DNA of 64,000 bases from Acidobacteriota bacterium (GTDB taxonomy: Bacteria > Acidobacteriota > Terriglobia > Acidiferrales > 2-02-FULL-67-57): assembly GCA_037442885.1 (NCBI GenBank), contig JBBIPK010000004.1, forward strand, positions 5,804 through 69,803, read 5' to 3'. Positions 10,546-21,400 of this stretch are shown here, piece after piece. Position 1 is the stretch's first letter, and each line of letters opens with the position of its first letter. The notes under the pieces are model-generated. The model was given only the letters and a program-made list of their open reading frames with translations. It had not been told where the DNA came from and searched no databases. Made by a program: the position numbers and the translations under genes.

Positions 10546-11488
10546 CGTCCAGTTGCGCCTGGTGCTGACTCGTCAGCTCCACAAACACATCTTCCAGTCC
10601 CGTGGTCCGCGGGCGGATTTCGCGGATGACAACCCCGCGCTCCGCCAGCTCGGCCTCGAGTTCCTTGGGATCGAGCCGCTCCTCTACCAGGGCGTGGATG
10701 GAATCGCCGAAGATATTGGCACTGCACACCGCCGGCAACTCGCGTGCGATGCGGAGGGTGCGCGTGATGTCTGGAGTTGTGATCTCGAGGCGGCGAGTGC
10801 CCGGGAGGTTCACCTGCGGCAAGGTTTTCAGGGCTTCCGGGGTGCCGTCAGCGATCAGGCGGGCGCTGAAGATGTAGCCGACGTGATGACAGCGCTCGGC
10901 TTCGTCCATGTTGTGGGTGGTGACAAAGAAGGTGATCCCGCGCCCGGAGAGGTCATAGAGGAGGTCCCATAACTGGCGGCGGGCCACGGGATCAATGCCC
11001 GAGGTGGGCTCGTCGAGGAACATGATCTTGGGCTCGTGCAGCATGGCACAGGCCAACGCCAAGCGCTGCTTCCACCCACCGGATAGCTTGCCCGCCTGCC
11101 GGTTGAGGTAAGGTGCCAAGCCATGGATGGTTACCAAGGCATCCAGACGCTCCCGAAGCCATTCACGCTCAAGCCCATAGATTCGTCCATAGAAACGGAG
11201 ATTTTCCGACACGGTCAGGTCTTCGTACAGGCTGAACTGCTGCGACATGTAGCCGATACGCTCGCGCACCTGCTCGGCGTGCGTGCGCACGTCGAGGCCG
11301 TCCACCCAGGCCGCGCCGTCGCTCACCGGCAACAGCCCGGTCAGCATCTTGATCAGAGTCGTCTTGCCGCTGCCGTTCGGTCCCAGGAAGCCAAACACTT
11401 CGCCGGGCTCGACCCGCAGGTTCACCCGATCGACGGCAACGAAGTCGCCGAAGCGCCGGGTGAGGTTCTCCGCAACGATAGCCGCCAT
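10532..11488 (-). CDS. ABC transporter ATP-binding protein
   Basis: GPNGSGKT Walker A, LSGG, FLDEPTSG. Confidence 0.95.
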   Translation of the reverse strand: MAAIVAENLTRRFGDFVAVDRVNLRVEPGEVFGFLGPNGSGKTTLIKMLTGLLPVSDGAAWVDGLDVRTHAEQVRERIGYMSQQFSLYEDLTVSENLRFYGRIYGLEREWLRERLDALVTIHGLAPYLNRQAGKLSGGWKQRLALACAMLHEPKIMFLDEPTSGIDPVARRQLWDLLYDLSGRGITFFVTTHNMDEAERCHHVGYIFSARLIADGTPEALKTLPQVNLPGTRRLEITTPDITRTLRIARELPAVCSANIFGDSIHALVEERLDPKELEAELAERGVVIREIRPRTTGLEDVFVELTSQHQAQLDGAHA

Positions 11489-11490
11489 CG

Positions 11491-12582
11491 TCAGTTCTCT
11501 TTGAGCCGCACGTCCGCCGTCATCCCGGGCCGCAGACGAGCCTCCGGGTCGCGCAGGCGCAGCTTGACCCCGAACATCTGGTGTACCCGCTCTTCGCGGG
11601 TCTGGATATTGCGCGGCAGGAACTCGGCCTTTTGGTTGATCTGCTCCACTTCCGCCGTAAAGACTTGGTCGGGGAAGGAGTCCACACGCACGTCCGCGCG
11701 CTGACCGAGACGCACGAGACCAATGCGGGTCTCGGGGAGGTAGATGCGAATGTAGAGTTGATCGCGCTCCAGGAGTGTTGCCACGGGTGTGTTGGGCGGA
11801 ATCAAGTCGCCGGGGCGAACGTCGAGTACCTCGACCACGGCCGCGGCCGGCGCCACCACCTTCCGTTCGCGATAGCGCGCTTCGGCGTCGCGCAGGGCGG
11901 CACGCGCCGCCGCGATGTCTTCCCTCCGGTAGCCACGCTCCATCCGTTCCCGGACGGCTTCCGCCTGCCGGTAGCGTGCTTCGGCTACGGCCACGTCCTC
12001 GGGGCGATACCCGCGCTCGAGCTCCCGGAATCGCTGTTCAGCGCTCTCCAGGCGCGCCAGGGACATTTTCCAGGCGGCTTCGGCGTCGTCGCGCTGCTGC
12101 GGGGCGAAGACTCCTTCCACCGCCAGTTGCTGGGCGCGACGGAAGGTGCGCTCGGCGTTTTCCGCATCGGCGTGAGCACGCTCCAGCTCCGCCTGCGCCT
12201 GGGCCACCTGCTCGCGCCGGTAGCCGCTCCGGGCTTCTTCGAGTTGTGCGCGCGCCTGCGCGGCTGCTGCCCGTGCCTCTTCGATTTCCTCGCGCCGGTA
12301 GCCTCGCTCGAGCTTCTCCAGGTTGGCGCGGGCTGACTCCAGCGCGGCCAGCAGTTCGTCTTCCTCAAACGTGATCAAGACGTCGCCGGGCTGCACGCTC
12401 TCCCCCTCGCGTACAAGGACTGCTTCGATGCGGCCGCCGATTTTCGAGCCCACGCGGATGTTGCGCGCTTCCACGGTGCCGGAGCCTTCCAGTACCGGAG
12501 CGCGTCCGGCAGCCCAGAGGTAGATCGTCAAGGCCACGATGACAATACTCGCAACCAGCAACAGCACGCGCTTTCGAGTCAT
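11491..12582 (-). CDS. HlyD-family membrane fusion protein (YbhG-like)
   Basis: N-terminal TM, lipoyl halves, coiled coil with GYR(R/P)E repeats, AEFLPRNIQT. Confidence 0.9.
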   Translation of the reverse strand: MTRKRVLLLVASIVIVALTIYLWAAGRAPVLEGSGTVEARNIRVGSKIGGRIEAVLVREGESVQPGDVLITFEEDELLAALESARANLEKLERGYRREEIEEARAAAAQARAQLEEARSGYRREQVAQAQAELERAHADAENAERTFRRAQQLAVEGVFAPQQRDDAEAAWKMSLARLESAEQRFRELERGYRPEDVAVAEARYRQAEAVRERMERGYRREDIAAARAALRDAEARYRERKVVAPAAAVVEVLDVRPGDLIPPNTPVATLLERDQLYIRIYLPETRIGLVRLGQRADVRVDSFPDQVFTAEVEQINQKAEFLPRNIQTREERVHQMFGVKLRLRDPEARLRPGMTADVRLKEN

Positions 12583-13271
12583 TTCCGTGCCTCCAAGAAT
12601 GCTGAGTGGCGAGCTGGCCGGCCGGCGGTGCCCGACCAAGAGAAGCGGCTCTGGCCGGGGTTGCGCAGGAGGGCGTGGTGAGCAAAGTCGAAGATGGCGC
12701 GCTTGCGGGCCGCGAGCGTCGATTCGCCGTAGGGGTCGGCGCGGAAGAGGTGGGCGAGCACGGGGGTGGCAGCGAAGTAGAAGACGGTGATGCCGATCAG
12801 GCTGACGATGGTGTTGGGGACGTCCACCGGACGGAAGAGGCGCTGGCGGATGCCCGCACGCAGAACGCGCCCCAGGTTCTGGTAGAGCGGTCGAAAGTAG
12901 CGGCTGGCAAGGGTGCGAAGGAAAGGAGTGCGGCTCATCACCTCGCGTTGAATCAGCCGCGGATAGTTGGGGTGAGACTTGAGGAACTCGAAGTAGGCGT
13001 CGAGGAAGCGGAGCAGGGCAGTGCGGGGGGAGGAAGCACCGCCCAGGGCCTGGCGGGCGGTAATGGCGAGTTCGCGGAAGAGGTTTTCCAGCACGGCGCG
13101 ATAGAGCCGTTCCTTAGTGTCGAAGTAGTAGTGGAGCATGGCCTTATTGACGCCGGCGGCGGCGGCGATCTCGTGGGTGCGGGTGCCGGCGCTGCCGTGT
13201 TCGGCGAAGAGGTGCTCGGCGGCAGCCAAGATGGCGGCCCGGGAGTGGATAGCGTTGCGGACTTTACTCAT
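12579..13271 (-). CDS. TetR/AcrR family regulator
   Basis: ILAAAEHLFAEHG..IAAAAGVNKAMLHYYF HTH; first gene of the efflux operon. Confidence 0.93.
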   Translation of the reverse strand: MSKVRNAIHSRAAILAAAEHLFAEHGSAGTRTHEIAAAAGVNKAMLHYYFDTKERLYRAVLENLFRELAITARQALGGASSPRTALLRFLDAYFEFLKSHPNYPRLIQREVMSRTPFLRTLASRYFRPLYQNLGRVLRAGIRQRLFRPVDVPNTIVSLIGITVFYFAATPVLAHLFRADPYGESTLAARKRAIFDFAHHALLRNPGQSRFSWSGTAGRPARHSAFLEARK

Positions 13272-13273
13272 AT

Positions 13274-13319
13274 TAACTAACCAGTTAGTTAGATTGCCAG
13301 AAACGGGAAAGGTTGTCAA
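13274..13319 (-). promoter_or_regulatory. Sigma70 promoter plus palindromic TetR operator
   Basis: Minus strand TTGACA-17bp-CAATCT; perfect IR TAACTAAC-CA-GTTAGTTA at 13274-13291 between the -10 box and the ATG. Confidence 0.8.
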
Positions 13320-13349
13320 GAAGAGCCGCCAAGAAACCGGAATTGCAGG

Positions 13350-14825
13350 TCAGAACGGACGCGTGAGGCCGGCAGCGCGGGTGAGGGTGAGGCAGCGACG
13401 CGGGGGCAGGCGCAGGGCGTTCCAGGGCTGCTGCCGCTGGCGGGTGAGGTGGTGCCAGAAGTCGCGGGCGCGGAGGGCGGCCGGGAGCTTGTCTCCGTTG
13501 TCCGCGGCTGGCGAGAGTCCGAAGGGGCCAGCGGTGGAAAGAACGAGACCCAGGGATTGCGTACGGCGGAGGTTGCCGTGGGTGGCAAGCAGAACGGCGA
13601 ATAGGTCGAGCGCGGTGCTGCCGGCGTAGTAGTCGTCCTCGAGGCTGACGATGACACTGGCGGGATGCTCGACGAGCAACTCAAAAGCGCCCCAGAGGCG
13701 CCGCGGGGCATCCGGGTAGATGTGGTCGGCCGTGGCGCGGAGCCAGTCGTCCTCGTGAATGAAATCCTCGGCGTCGGCATGGCCGTCGGCCCGTAGGCGT
13801 TCGACGACGGGCACGAGCGCCAGAGGATCGCCTTCAGCCGGAGCGTAGCGGTAGAAGGCATCGCGGCGGTAGATGCGGGCGCGGCCGCGGGGACCGAGCA
13901 GTTGCACGTACTCGGGGGTTTGGTAGACAGCAAATTCGACGCCACGGGTGCCAATGATGGCCTCGGCCGCTGCAGCTTCCTCCCCCGGTTGGGTGTAAAG
14001 AATGTCACAGCTCACCAGGCCGTAGGCCGGAATGACGACATCGCGCGGGCTTTTGAGTTTCTTGCGCAGGCGGAAGCCAGCGCGGCGAAGCGCGCGGGCG
14101 AGCTTGACCTTGCGCATGGTGTGCCAGGCGTTGCCATGGTCGGAGAAGACGACGACTTCGACCGGCACGGGACTTGCGCGGCGGAGCTCGGCCACCATCG
14201 GGTCGAGTCGTCGCAGCAGGTCACGCAGTAGGCCTTGACCGCTCACATGGGAGGCCGGGTCGGTCGAGCTGATATAGGCGAGGAAAACTGGCTCGCGGGA
14301 GAGCAGGAAGTTTTCCTTCAAGCTTGCTAGCAGCAAGTGGCCGCTGATCCAGGGGCCGAAGACGGGCAGAGCATATTCGGCGGACATAGCGATGGGATGA
14401 GGATGGTAGTCAAAGAGTTCGCGGAAGGTGCCGTGGATGAAACTCTTGCGGCTGATGCGCTGGAAGATGCCGCCGCGCATCTTGTTGGCCACGGGATCGA
14501 AGTAGTAATCCTCGTAGCCGCGCGCAGGCCGGGCGCCGAGGGGAAGGAGAATTTCAACCAGGCCGGTGTTGGTGACCGAAGGGAAGGGAGCAATCAGCGG
14601 CACCGGTGGGTGGAAATATCGGAGTTCACCCCGGCGGTACATTTCCTCGGCCAGGTCGAAGGCCACACCATCGAGGCAGATAACCAGGTAGCGCGCCTGC
14701 GCGCGAGCCAGGGGTGTGAGGGAGGGCCGGGGCGGAGTGGAGGGTTCATCGGCAACGAGCGGACAGGACCAGCAGCAGAGGAAAACTGCAACCCGTCGGA
14801 TGAATCGAGCTCGCCTGCGCATCAA
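13350..14825 (-). CDS. Alkaline phosphatase superfamily (nucleotide pyrophosphatase-like) secreted protein
   Basis: ICLDGV, PFPSVT, TDPASH, FSDHG and THG metal-ligand motifs. Confidence 0.75.
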   Translation of the reverse strand: MMRRRARFIRRVAVFLCCWSCPLVADEPSTPPRPSLTPLARAQARYLVICLDGVAFDLAEEMYRRGELRYFHPPVPLIAPFPSVTNTGLVEILLPLGARPARGYEDYYFDPVANKMRGGIFQRISRKSFIHGTFRELFDYHPHPIAMSAEYALPVFGPWISGHLLLASLKENFLLSREPVFLAYISSTDPASHVSGQGLLRDLLRRLDPMVAELRRASPVPVEVVVFSDHGNAWHTMRKVKLARALRRAGFRLRKKLKSPRDVVIPAYGLVSCDILYTQPGEEAAAAEAIIGTRGVEFAVYQTPEYVQLLGPRGRARIYRRDAFYRYAPAEGDPLALVPVVERLRADGHADAEDFIHEDDWLRATADHIYPDAPRRLWGAFELLVEHPASVIVSLEDDYYAGSTALDLFAVLLATHGNLRRTQSLGLVLSTAGPFGLSPAADNGDKLPAALRARDFWHHLTRQRQQPWNALRLPPRRCLTLTRAAGLTRPF

Positions 14826-14839
14826 GCTCTTCCGTGCTG

Positions 14840-16057
14840 TTATTTCTTCGTCTCGGAATCAGGTTCGCGCAAGACGCCGCCCCGACCTCTGGTCGGGGGG
14901 AGTTCGATGGAGAAGCGGGTGCGCTCTTTTTCCCGGTGGCGGGCGAGAGCGAGCTGAATGAGGCGGTCGAGAAGTTCGCGGTAGGAGATGCCGCTCGCCT
15001 CCCAGAGCTTGGGGTACATGCTGATGGCGGTAAAGCCGGGGATGGTGTTGACCTCGTTGATGTAGAACTTTCCAGTGCGGCGCTCGAGCAGGAAGTCCAC
15101 CCGGGCCATGCCTTCGCACTCGATGGCGCGGCAGGCGGCGACGGCCAATTCCTGGCACCGTCGGACTTGCGTGCGCGGGAGCTTGGCCGGGACGATAAGG
15201 CGGGTGTCGTCCTGCAGGTACTTGGCGGCGTAGTCGTAGAACTCGTTGGCCGGAATGACCTCGCCGGGCAGAGAAGCAGCAGGTTTCTCATTCCCCAACA
15301 CGGACACTTCGATTTCACGCCCCTGGATGGCGCGCTCGACGAGAATCTTGCGGTCGTACTCGGCCGCCAGGTCGAGCGCGGCGGACAGGTCGGCGGGCTT
15401 CTTGACTTTCGTGATACCGACCGAGGAGCCCAGATTGGCCGGCTTGACGAACACCGGCAGGCGCAAGCGGCGGCGAACCTCACGCAGGACGGCGGCGCGA
15501 TCAGCTTCCCACTCGTGCCGGCGGATACAGAGGAAATCCGGCACTGGCAGGCGTGCCTGCAGGAACAATCGTTTTTGAACTTCCTTGTCCATGCCGACGG
15601 CGGAGCCGAGGACGCCGGCGCCCACGTAAGGGATATTCGCGAGTTCGAGGAGGCCCTGAACCGTGCCATCCTCGCCGAAGGTGCCGTGGAGAACGGGGAA
15701 GAGGACGTCAAGCTGTGCGTGCACCGGCGGGACGCCGGTGCCTGCGAGCTCGGCGCGGGAATTCAGCGGAACGAGGGATGAGGAGGACGAGGGTTCGGCG
15801 GGAAGGACGACTGCGGTGCCGTGCTGGAGCGCGCGACGGAGGTCGGCGTGGGTGAGTTTGGAGTCGAGGAGCTTGCGCGTGGAGTCAGCCAAGCCGCGGG
15901 GGAGAACCCAGCGGCCTTCTTTGGTGATGCCGATGGGGATGACTTCGTATTTTTCAGGGTCGAGGCCCTGGATGACCGAGGCGGCCGAAACCAGCGAAAC
16001 CTCGTGCTCGCCCGAGCGCCCGCCGAAGAGGACGCCAACCCGCAGTTTTTTCGGCAT
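14840..16057 (-). CDS. ddl: D-alanine--D-alanine ligase
   Basis: [34 protein letters not shown]. Confidence 0.96.
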   Translation of the reverse strand: MPKKLRVGVLFGGRSGEHEVSLVSAASVIQGLDPEKYEVIPIGITKEGRWVLPRGLADSTRKLLDSKLTHADLRRALQHGTAVVLPAEPSSSSSLVPLNSRAELAGTGVPPVHAQLDVLFPVLHGTFGEDGTVQGLLELANIPYVGAGVLGSAVGMDKEVQKRLFLQARLPVPDFLCIRRHEWEADRAAVLREVRRRLRLPVFVKPANLGSSVGITKVKKPADLSAALDLAAEYDRKILVERAIQGREIEVSVLGNEKPAASLPGEVIPANEFYDYAAKYLQDDTRLIVPAKLPRTQVRRCQELAVAACRAIECEGMARVDFLLERRTGKFYINEVNTIPGFTAISMYPKLWEASGISYRELLDRLIQLALARHREKERTRFSIELPPTRGRGGVLREPDSETKK

Positions 16058-16139
16058 CGCGTGTGAGTCTAGCACAGTCATCCGGAAAGCAAAGGGGCGA
16101 CGCCCCGTGCGGGCGCCGGTCCGGGCAAAGCTCAACGCA

Positions 16140-17528
16140 TCAAGGCGTGGCGTCCACGCGGGTCGCAACGAAGACGAGCTCGCTGGGTGGGCCGAGCGCT
16201 TGCAGGAAGAGGAATCCCTTGATGCGAACGGGCTGGCCGACCGTGAGACCTGACACGCCCGACACGTCGTCGAAGCGCGTGCCGGCTGCGGTCTGGACTT
16301 CGACGTTCTGATCGGGGAAGAGGTCAGCGCCGGGGCGGAGCCAGAAGGTGGTGCCCGCCGTGGAGAGGACGGTACCGCGGATGGTCTGGTCTTCGAGCTT
16401 GATCTTGTCGGCGGTGATAGTGGAAGCAAACGCACCGACGGGGTCCACGTCCACTTTCTGGCCCACCGTCAAGTCCTCTGGGCCGTTGAAGAGGCTGGCG
16501 TTGACGGGAAAGCCATCGGCGTCGAGGCGGAAGCGGGTGCTGCCATCGAGGTTGACGGTGATGGTGTCGCCGATGCGGGCGGCGGTGGTGCAGGGGGCAA
16601 CTTCCTGCAGCAGGAGTTGGAAGCTGGTGACGCTCCCGCTGAAGTCGCGGGTGACAGCGACGATGAGGCCTTCGAGGTCGTCATCGTTGTCGGGTTCCTC
16701 CAGTTCGACTTTCCGGGCGAGCAGATCCGTATCAGCTCGCACATCGGCATTGACGTCCACGAATTGATTGGCCGCGAGGCTGGCGAAGCTGTTGGCGAGC
16801 GGGGGCGTGGCTTCGTCAAAATCCTCGAAGGCGGTTGTGCCGTCCACGTCGATGATGACCTGGATGCAGGTGGTGAACGGCTCGAAGACGAAGGAGCCGG
16901 TGGTGGGGCTGCTGCGGTTGACGCTGACCACACGGCCCTCGGCCTCGAACTCGTCAGGTACGCCGGCGAGGTTGAGGATCTGGCCGGTGAGCATGGGGTT
17001 GATGCCGGTGATTTTGCCGAGCATATCGGTGAGAACGGAGCGCTGGAGGTCAAAATCAATCAGCAGGCCGGTGGTCTGGCCGTTGACGATGGTGAAGTTG
17101 ATGTTGAGGGTGATCGTGACGTTCTGCAGCGGCGGGCGGATTTCGCAGATGGGGCCAGGACCCCCTCCAGGGCAGGTGCCGGAGGAGATGAAGAATTTGA
17201 TTTCGGGGTCAGAGACAGTGAGGGTGACGCTGGTGTAGTTTCCGGCGGGGATATTCTGAGCCAGGCGGATGAGGTCGCTGGTCAGTTGCAAACTCGTCAA
17301 CTCGAAGCGTACGGGTTGCGGGAGGACGGAGACCGAGCCGGGATTGAGGACGACGCTGACGACGGTGATTTCAAACTCGATGAGGTTGTCGAGCGGCCCG
17401 TCTTGGCCGAAGACGGCTAGGGAGCCGCGGCCGCCTCCGGTGAGGCTGGAGGGGGTACCGCCGCCGCAGGAAACCTGTGCCAGTGTCGCAACGAGCAGAA
17501 GCACAACAACGGCAGCCTGCCTCTTCAC
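16140..17528 (-). CDS. Lipoprotein with DUF4382/DUF5666-like domains
   Basis: GTG start behind GGAGG, lipobox QVSC, IDFDL motif, repeated OB-like units. Confidence 0.75.
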   Translation of the reverse strand: MKRQAAVVVLLLVATLAQVSCGGGTPSSLTGGGRGSLAVFGQDGPLDNLIEFEITVVSVVLNPGSVSVLPQPVRFELTSLQLTSDLIRLAQNIPAGNYTSVTLTVSDPEIKFFISSGTCPGGGPGPICEIRPPLQNVTITLNINFTIVNGQTTGLLIDFDLQRSVLTDMLGKITGINPMLTGQILNLAGVPDEFEAEGRVVSVNRSSPTTGSFVFEPFTTCIQVIIDVDGTTAFEDFDEATPPLANSFASLAANQFVDVNADVRADTDLLARKVELEEPDNDDDLEGLIVAVTRDFSGSVTSFQLLLQEVAPCTTAARIGDTITVNLDGSTRFRLDADGFPVNASLFNGPEDLTVGQKVDVDPVGAFASTITADKIKLEDQTIRGTVLSTAGTTFWLRPGADLFPDQNVEVQTAAGTRFDDVSGVSGLTVGQPVRIKGFLFLQALGPPSELVFVATRVDATP

Positions 17529-17718
17529 AATAGACCTCCGCGGCCAGTCGGATCTAGGTGCATCGCCCCTGTTATCGCTTTCCGATGCCAGCCTGCAGCA
17601 AAGCGTTGCTTGTTTCGAGTGCAAGTCTGAGCGAGAAAGGGGGTGCGAGTCAGGAATTCTCGAATCGGGGGCAGGATGGTAGACTCGCGCACATTCCGGA
17701 AGCAGGGAGGGAGAGAAG

Positions 17719-19512
17719 ATGCGAGCCGGCGCGGCGATAAGTTATCTACTGGTGCTGATGGCAGTGGCAGCGGGCGGTGTGGTGCAGGGAATGGCAGAGG
17801 AGAAGCAGGAGGCGGGCGTGCGGCTGCACGCGCTGTTCAAGGAGGAGTGGGAGTACACGCTGCGAGAGAACCCGACCTTTGCCTCGAGCCTGGGCGACCG
17901 GCGCTACAACGATCGCTGGCCGGACGTGTCGCTGGCGGCGATTGAGCGGCGCCACCAGCACGACCGTGAAGTCTTGCAGAAGCTGGCGGCGATCCCCTTT
18001 GATGAGCTCTCCGCGGCTGACCAGCTGAACTACACCCTGTTCAAAAAGGACTACGAGACCGACGTCGAAGGCCACAAGTTTCGCTTCTATTTGCTGGCAC
18101 TGAACCAGCGCGGTGGGATTCAAACGGCAAACGAACTGGCCGACTCCTTGCGCTTTCAGACCGTCAAGGATTACGAAGACTGGATCGCGCGGCTGCGGGG
18201 CCTGCCGGCCTACGTCGAGCAGGTCACGGCGCTGTTGCGGGAAGGGATGCGGGTGGGAATTGTGCACCCGAAGGTGATCATGCAGCGGGTGCCGGCACAG
18301 ATTGCGGCACAGATCGTAGATGACCCGACGAAGAGCCTGTTCTTCAAACCCTTCACGCGCTTCCCGGATGCGGTCGCGGGAGCGGAGCGCGAGCGGCTCG
18401 CGCGCGAGGCCACGCAGGCAATCGCGGACTTGGTGGTACCGGCCTACAGAAAGCTTCATCAGTTTTTCACCGAGGAGTACCTGCCTACCTGCTTGGACAA
18501 GGTGGGCATCTGGCAATTCCCGAACGGGAAAGAGATGTACGCCTTTGCAGCCCGTCGCTACACCACCACGAACCGGACGCCGGAGGAGATTCACCACATC
18601 GGGCAGGACGAGGTGCGCCGCATCCGCGCAGAGATGGAGAGAATCATCCAGCAGGTAGGCTTCAAGGGAACGTTCCCCGAGTTCCTGCACTTCCTGCGCA
18701 CGGATTCGCAGTTCTATTACAAGACACCCGAGGAGTTGCTGGAAGCCTATCGAGCGGTTGCCAAGCAGATTGATCCGACGCTGGTGAGGGTCTTTCGCCG
18801 GCTGCCGCGGATGCCCTACGGAGTAGAGCCGATTCCGGCCAACATCGCGCCCGACACCACCGCAGCCTATTACCGGCAGCCGGCCGCCGATGGCTCGCGC
18901 GCGGGGACCTACTTTGTGAACCTCTACCGGCCGGAGGCAAGGCCGAAGTACGAGATGGAGGTGCTCTCGATCCACGAGGCGGTGCCGGGGCACCACTTGC
19001 AGATCGCGCTGGCGATGGAGCTGGGCGAGCTGCCCGAGTTCCGCCGCTACGGGGGCTTCACGGCGTTTGTCGAGGGCTGGGGACTCTACAGCGAGAGCCT
19101 GGGCGAGGAGCTGGGCTTCTACAAAGATCCTTACTCAAAGTTCGGACAGTTGACCTACGAGATGTGGCGGGCGGTGCGGCTGGTGGTGGACACGGGGATG
19201 CATTATTTCGGCTGGACGCGCGAGCAGGCGATCGGGTTCTTCAAAGAGAACGCCGCCAAGACCGAACTCGACATCGTGAACGAGATTGACCGCTACATCG
19301 CCTGGCCGGGACAAGCGCTCGCCTACAAGATGGGCGAGCTGAAGATTAAAGAGCTGCGCGCCCGCGCTGCCCGCGAGCTGGGCGAGCGGTTTGACGTCAA
19401 GGAATTCCACGACGTGGTGCTGGGGAGCGGGGCGGTGCCGCTGGACGTGCTGGAGGCGAATGTGAATGCTTGGATGAGCCAGACGAAACAGAAAACAGAA
19501 AATAGAAAATAG
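17719..19512 (+). CDS. DUF885 family metallopeptidase-like protein
   Basis: HEAVPGHHLQ, EGWGLYSE, RAVRLVVDTGMH, PGQALAYK. Confidence 0.93.
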   Translation: MRAGAAISYLLVLMAVAAGGVVQGMAEEKQEAGVRLHALFKEEWEYTLRENPTFASSLGDRRYNDRWPDVSLAAIERRHQHDREVLQKLAAIPFDELSAADQLNYTLFKKDYETDVEGHKFRFYLLALNQRGGIQTANELADSLRFQTVKDYEDWIARLRGLPAYVEQVTALLREGMRVGIVHPKVIMQRVPAQIAAQIVDDPTKSLFFKPFTRFPDAVAGAERERLAREATQAIADLVVPAYRKLHQFFTEEYLPTCLDKVGIWQFPNGKEMYAFAARRYTTTNRTPEEIHHIGQDEVRRIRAEMERIIQQVGFKGTFPEFLHFLRTDSQFYYKTPEELLEAYRAVAKQIDPTLVRVFRRLPRMPYGVEPIPANIAPDTTAAYYRQPAADGSRAGTYFVNLYRPEARPKYEMEVLSIHEAVPGHHLQIALAMELGELPEFRRYGGFTAFVEGWGLYSESLGEELGFYKDPYSKFGQLTYEMWRAVRLVVDTGMHYFGWTREQAIGFFKENAAKTELDIVNEIDRYIAWPGQALAYKMGELKIKELRARAARELGERFDVKEFHDVVLGSGAVPLDVLEANVNAWMSQTKQKTENRK

Positions 19513-19520
19513 AAAACAGA
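19486..19520. repeat. Tandem heptamer repeat (AAAYAGA)x5
   Basis: Read directly; supplies the DUF885 stop codon. Confidence 0.9.
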
Positions 19521-19527
19521 AAAAAAG

Positions 19528-19854
19528 CTAGTCGCTCCAGATGTTCTGGGCGGGGTCGACGGCCTCGACGCCCCAGTCGGAGTAGGGTTCGTTGGGAGGA
19601 TTGTGGGCCAGGCCGACGACACGGAAGGGAGCCTCTTTCTTGGTCTTGAGGTTCATGATGCGGATGGTATCGTCCACGATGAGCGAGTGCCGGAGGCGGA
19701 TGAGGGCGCCATGGGGGGAGACGCGCAGGGAAACGCAGTCTTCGCTGAAGTCGCGCCCGCGGACGCTGGTGCCGAAGACGCGGATGGGGATGGCCAGCTC
19801 GCGGCGGCCGCTGCGGCGTCCTTTCTTCGCGGTTGATTCTTTTCGTTCGGCCAT
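19528..19854 (-). CDS. PilZ-like domain protein
   Basis: RRSGR and xVSxxGA motifs, about 108 aa. Confidence 0.7.
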   Translation of the reverse strand: MAERKESTAKKGRRSGRRELAIPIRVFGTSVRGRDFSEDCVSLRVSPHGALIRLRHSLIVDDTIRIMNLKTKKEAPFRVVGLAHNPPNEPYSDWGVEAVDPAQNIWSD

Positions 19855-19930
19855 TGCCAGCGCCCCGTAAGTTTATCCTGCAGGGAATCATTCGCCAATA
19901 GTCTAGTAGTAGGATTCAGGGGAGGGGGCG

Positions 19931-20620
19931 ATGGCGCGGAAGGGAGCGTATCCGTTCATCCGGCTGGCATTTGAGCGCTTGCCGGCCGAGGAGCAGCGGC
20001 GGCGGGCGGGGGAGTTCGAGGCACGGCTGAGGACGCGGCGGACGGTGCGGCAGTTTTCGGCCGAGCCGGTGCCGTTTGAGCTGATTGAGGCAGCCCTGCG
20101 GATTGCCAGCCGCGCTCCCTCAGGCGCGAACCAGCAGCCGTGGCACTTCGTGGTGGTGTCGAACCCGGAAGTAAAGCGCCAGATTCGCGAGGCGGCAGAG
20201 GCGGAAGAGCGGCACAACTACGAGCAGCGGTTTCCCGATGAGTGGCTGGAGGCGCTGGCGCCCCTCGGCACCGACTGGCACAAAGAGTTCCTCGAGATTG
20301 CGCCCTACCTGATTGTGGTCTTCCGGCAGGACTACGGGCTCGCAGCGACGCCGGAGGGCGGCGAGCGCAAGGTGAAGCACTACTACGTGCAGGAGTCGGT
20401 GGGGATTGCCTGCGGGTTCTTGCTGGCGGCGCTGCACTGGATGGGGCTGGCGACGCTGACGCATACGCCCAGCCCGATGGGTTTCCTCAGTCGCATCTTG
20501 CAGCGGCCGCAGAACGAGAAGCCCTACCTGCTGATTCCGGTCGGCTATCCCGCTCCGGACGCCGAAGTCCCCGCCATCCCGAAAAAGACACTGGCAGAAG
20601 TAATGACGCTGGTGGCGTGA
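19931..20620 (+). CDS. Nitroreductase family, iodotyrosine deiodinase-like
   Basis: [18 protein letters not shown], EEERxNY lid, [21 protein letters not shown]. Confidence 0.85.
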   Translation: MARKGAYPFIRLAFERLPAEEQRRRAGEFEARLRTRRTVRQFSAEPVPFELIEAALRIASRAPSGANQQPWHFVVVSNPEVKRQIREAAEAEERHNYEQRFPDEWLEALAPLGTDWHKEFLEIAPYLIVVFRQDYGLAATPEGGERKVKHYYVQESVGIACGFLLAALHWMGLATLTHTPSPMGFLSRILQRPQNEKPYLLIPVGYPAPDAEVPAIPKKTLAEVMTLVA

Positions 20621-20857
20621 AATGCCGAGCCGTAGTTCCATCCGCAGCTTCTTCCCAGAATGGGAAGGTTTCCCGAAACGGGAAACCTCTCCCGCACCGC
20701 GAAACACTCATGCGCTCGGAGATGTAGGTCCCCCCCCACAGTAAGACCGCCTGCCCAGCGCAAATAAGCCGTTCGGCTAATTGACCTTTCGCTTTCACGA
20801 GTCTAGACGTGCACGTGGGCGCGCCCGGAAAGAAGTCACTCAAAAGAGGGTAATCTT

Positions 20858-21398
20858 ATGCGCAGGCTAATTCTGTTTCTCGTTCTAGGCGGTGGTCGAT
20901 CGAACCAACTACAAGTGTTATAGCCGCATTAGCGGGGGTCAACAGGCGGGGAGTGGCCTAGTAGGCTGCGGTCTAACTATCACCATGAATTGTTTCCCGC
21001 CTATCGCTACCGGCACCGCACTGGGCAGGCTCACCATTGATGGAGTGGGCGTAGAATGTCAGGAGTTTTGTTCCGAGCCGGAGTGTTTCAGGCAAAGACG
21101 GGTATGCAATAACACCACCATTTCCGTTACTATCAATGGGGTAACAGTGAGTGCCACGGCGCGGGAGGGCAGCACGGGCGCTTCGGTGGCGGCGGCCTTG
21201 GCTGGCGCGATCAACAACAATGCCACACTTTCGGCTATCGTCTATGCCACGGTTTCGGGCAATGTGGTTACCGTTTCCGCCGCCCAACCAGGGATGGAGC
21301 ACACCTATCCCTGGAATAGCTCTTGCAGGCATAGTCTGTACTTCGGCGAGTGCGCCTTTGATGCGCTGCGCGCTCCGATTGCTACGCTCGCACCCTGA
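20858..21398 (+). pseudogene. Frameshifted Cys-rich secreted protein
   Basis: ATG 20858 encodes MRRLILFLVLG then stops early; the 9-Cys body (ORF 20892-21398) is in another frame. Confidence 0.6.
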
Positions 21399-21400
21399 AG

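Noticed and set aside
20662-20693. Strong hairpin after the nitroreductase as a riboswitch or ncRNA
   Set aside because: No recognisable aptamer consensus; probably a terminator or REP-like hairpin.
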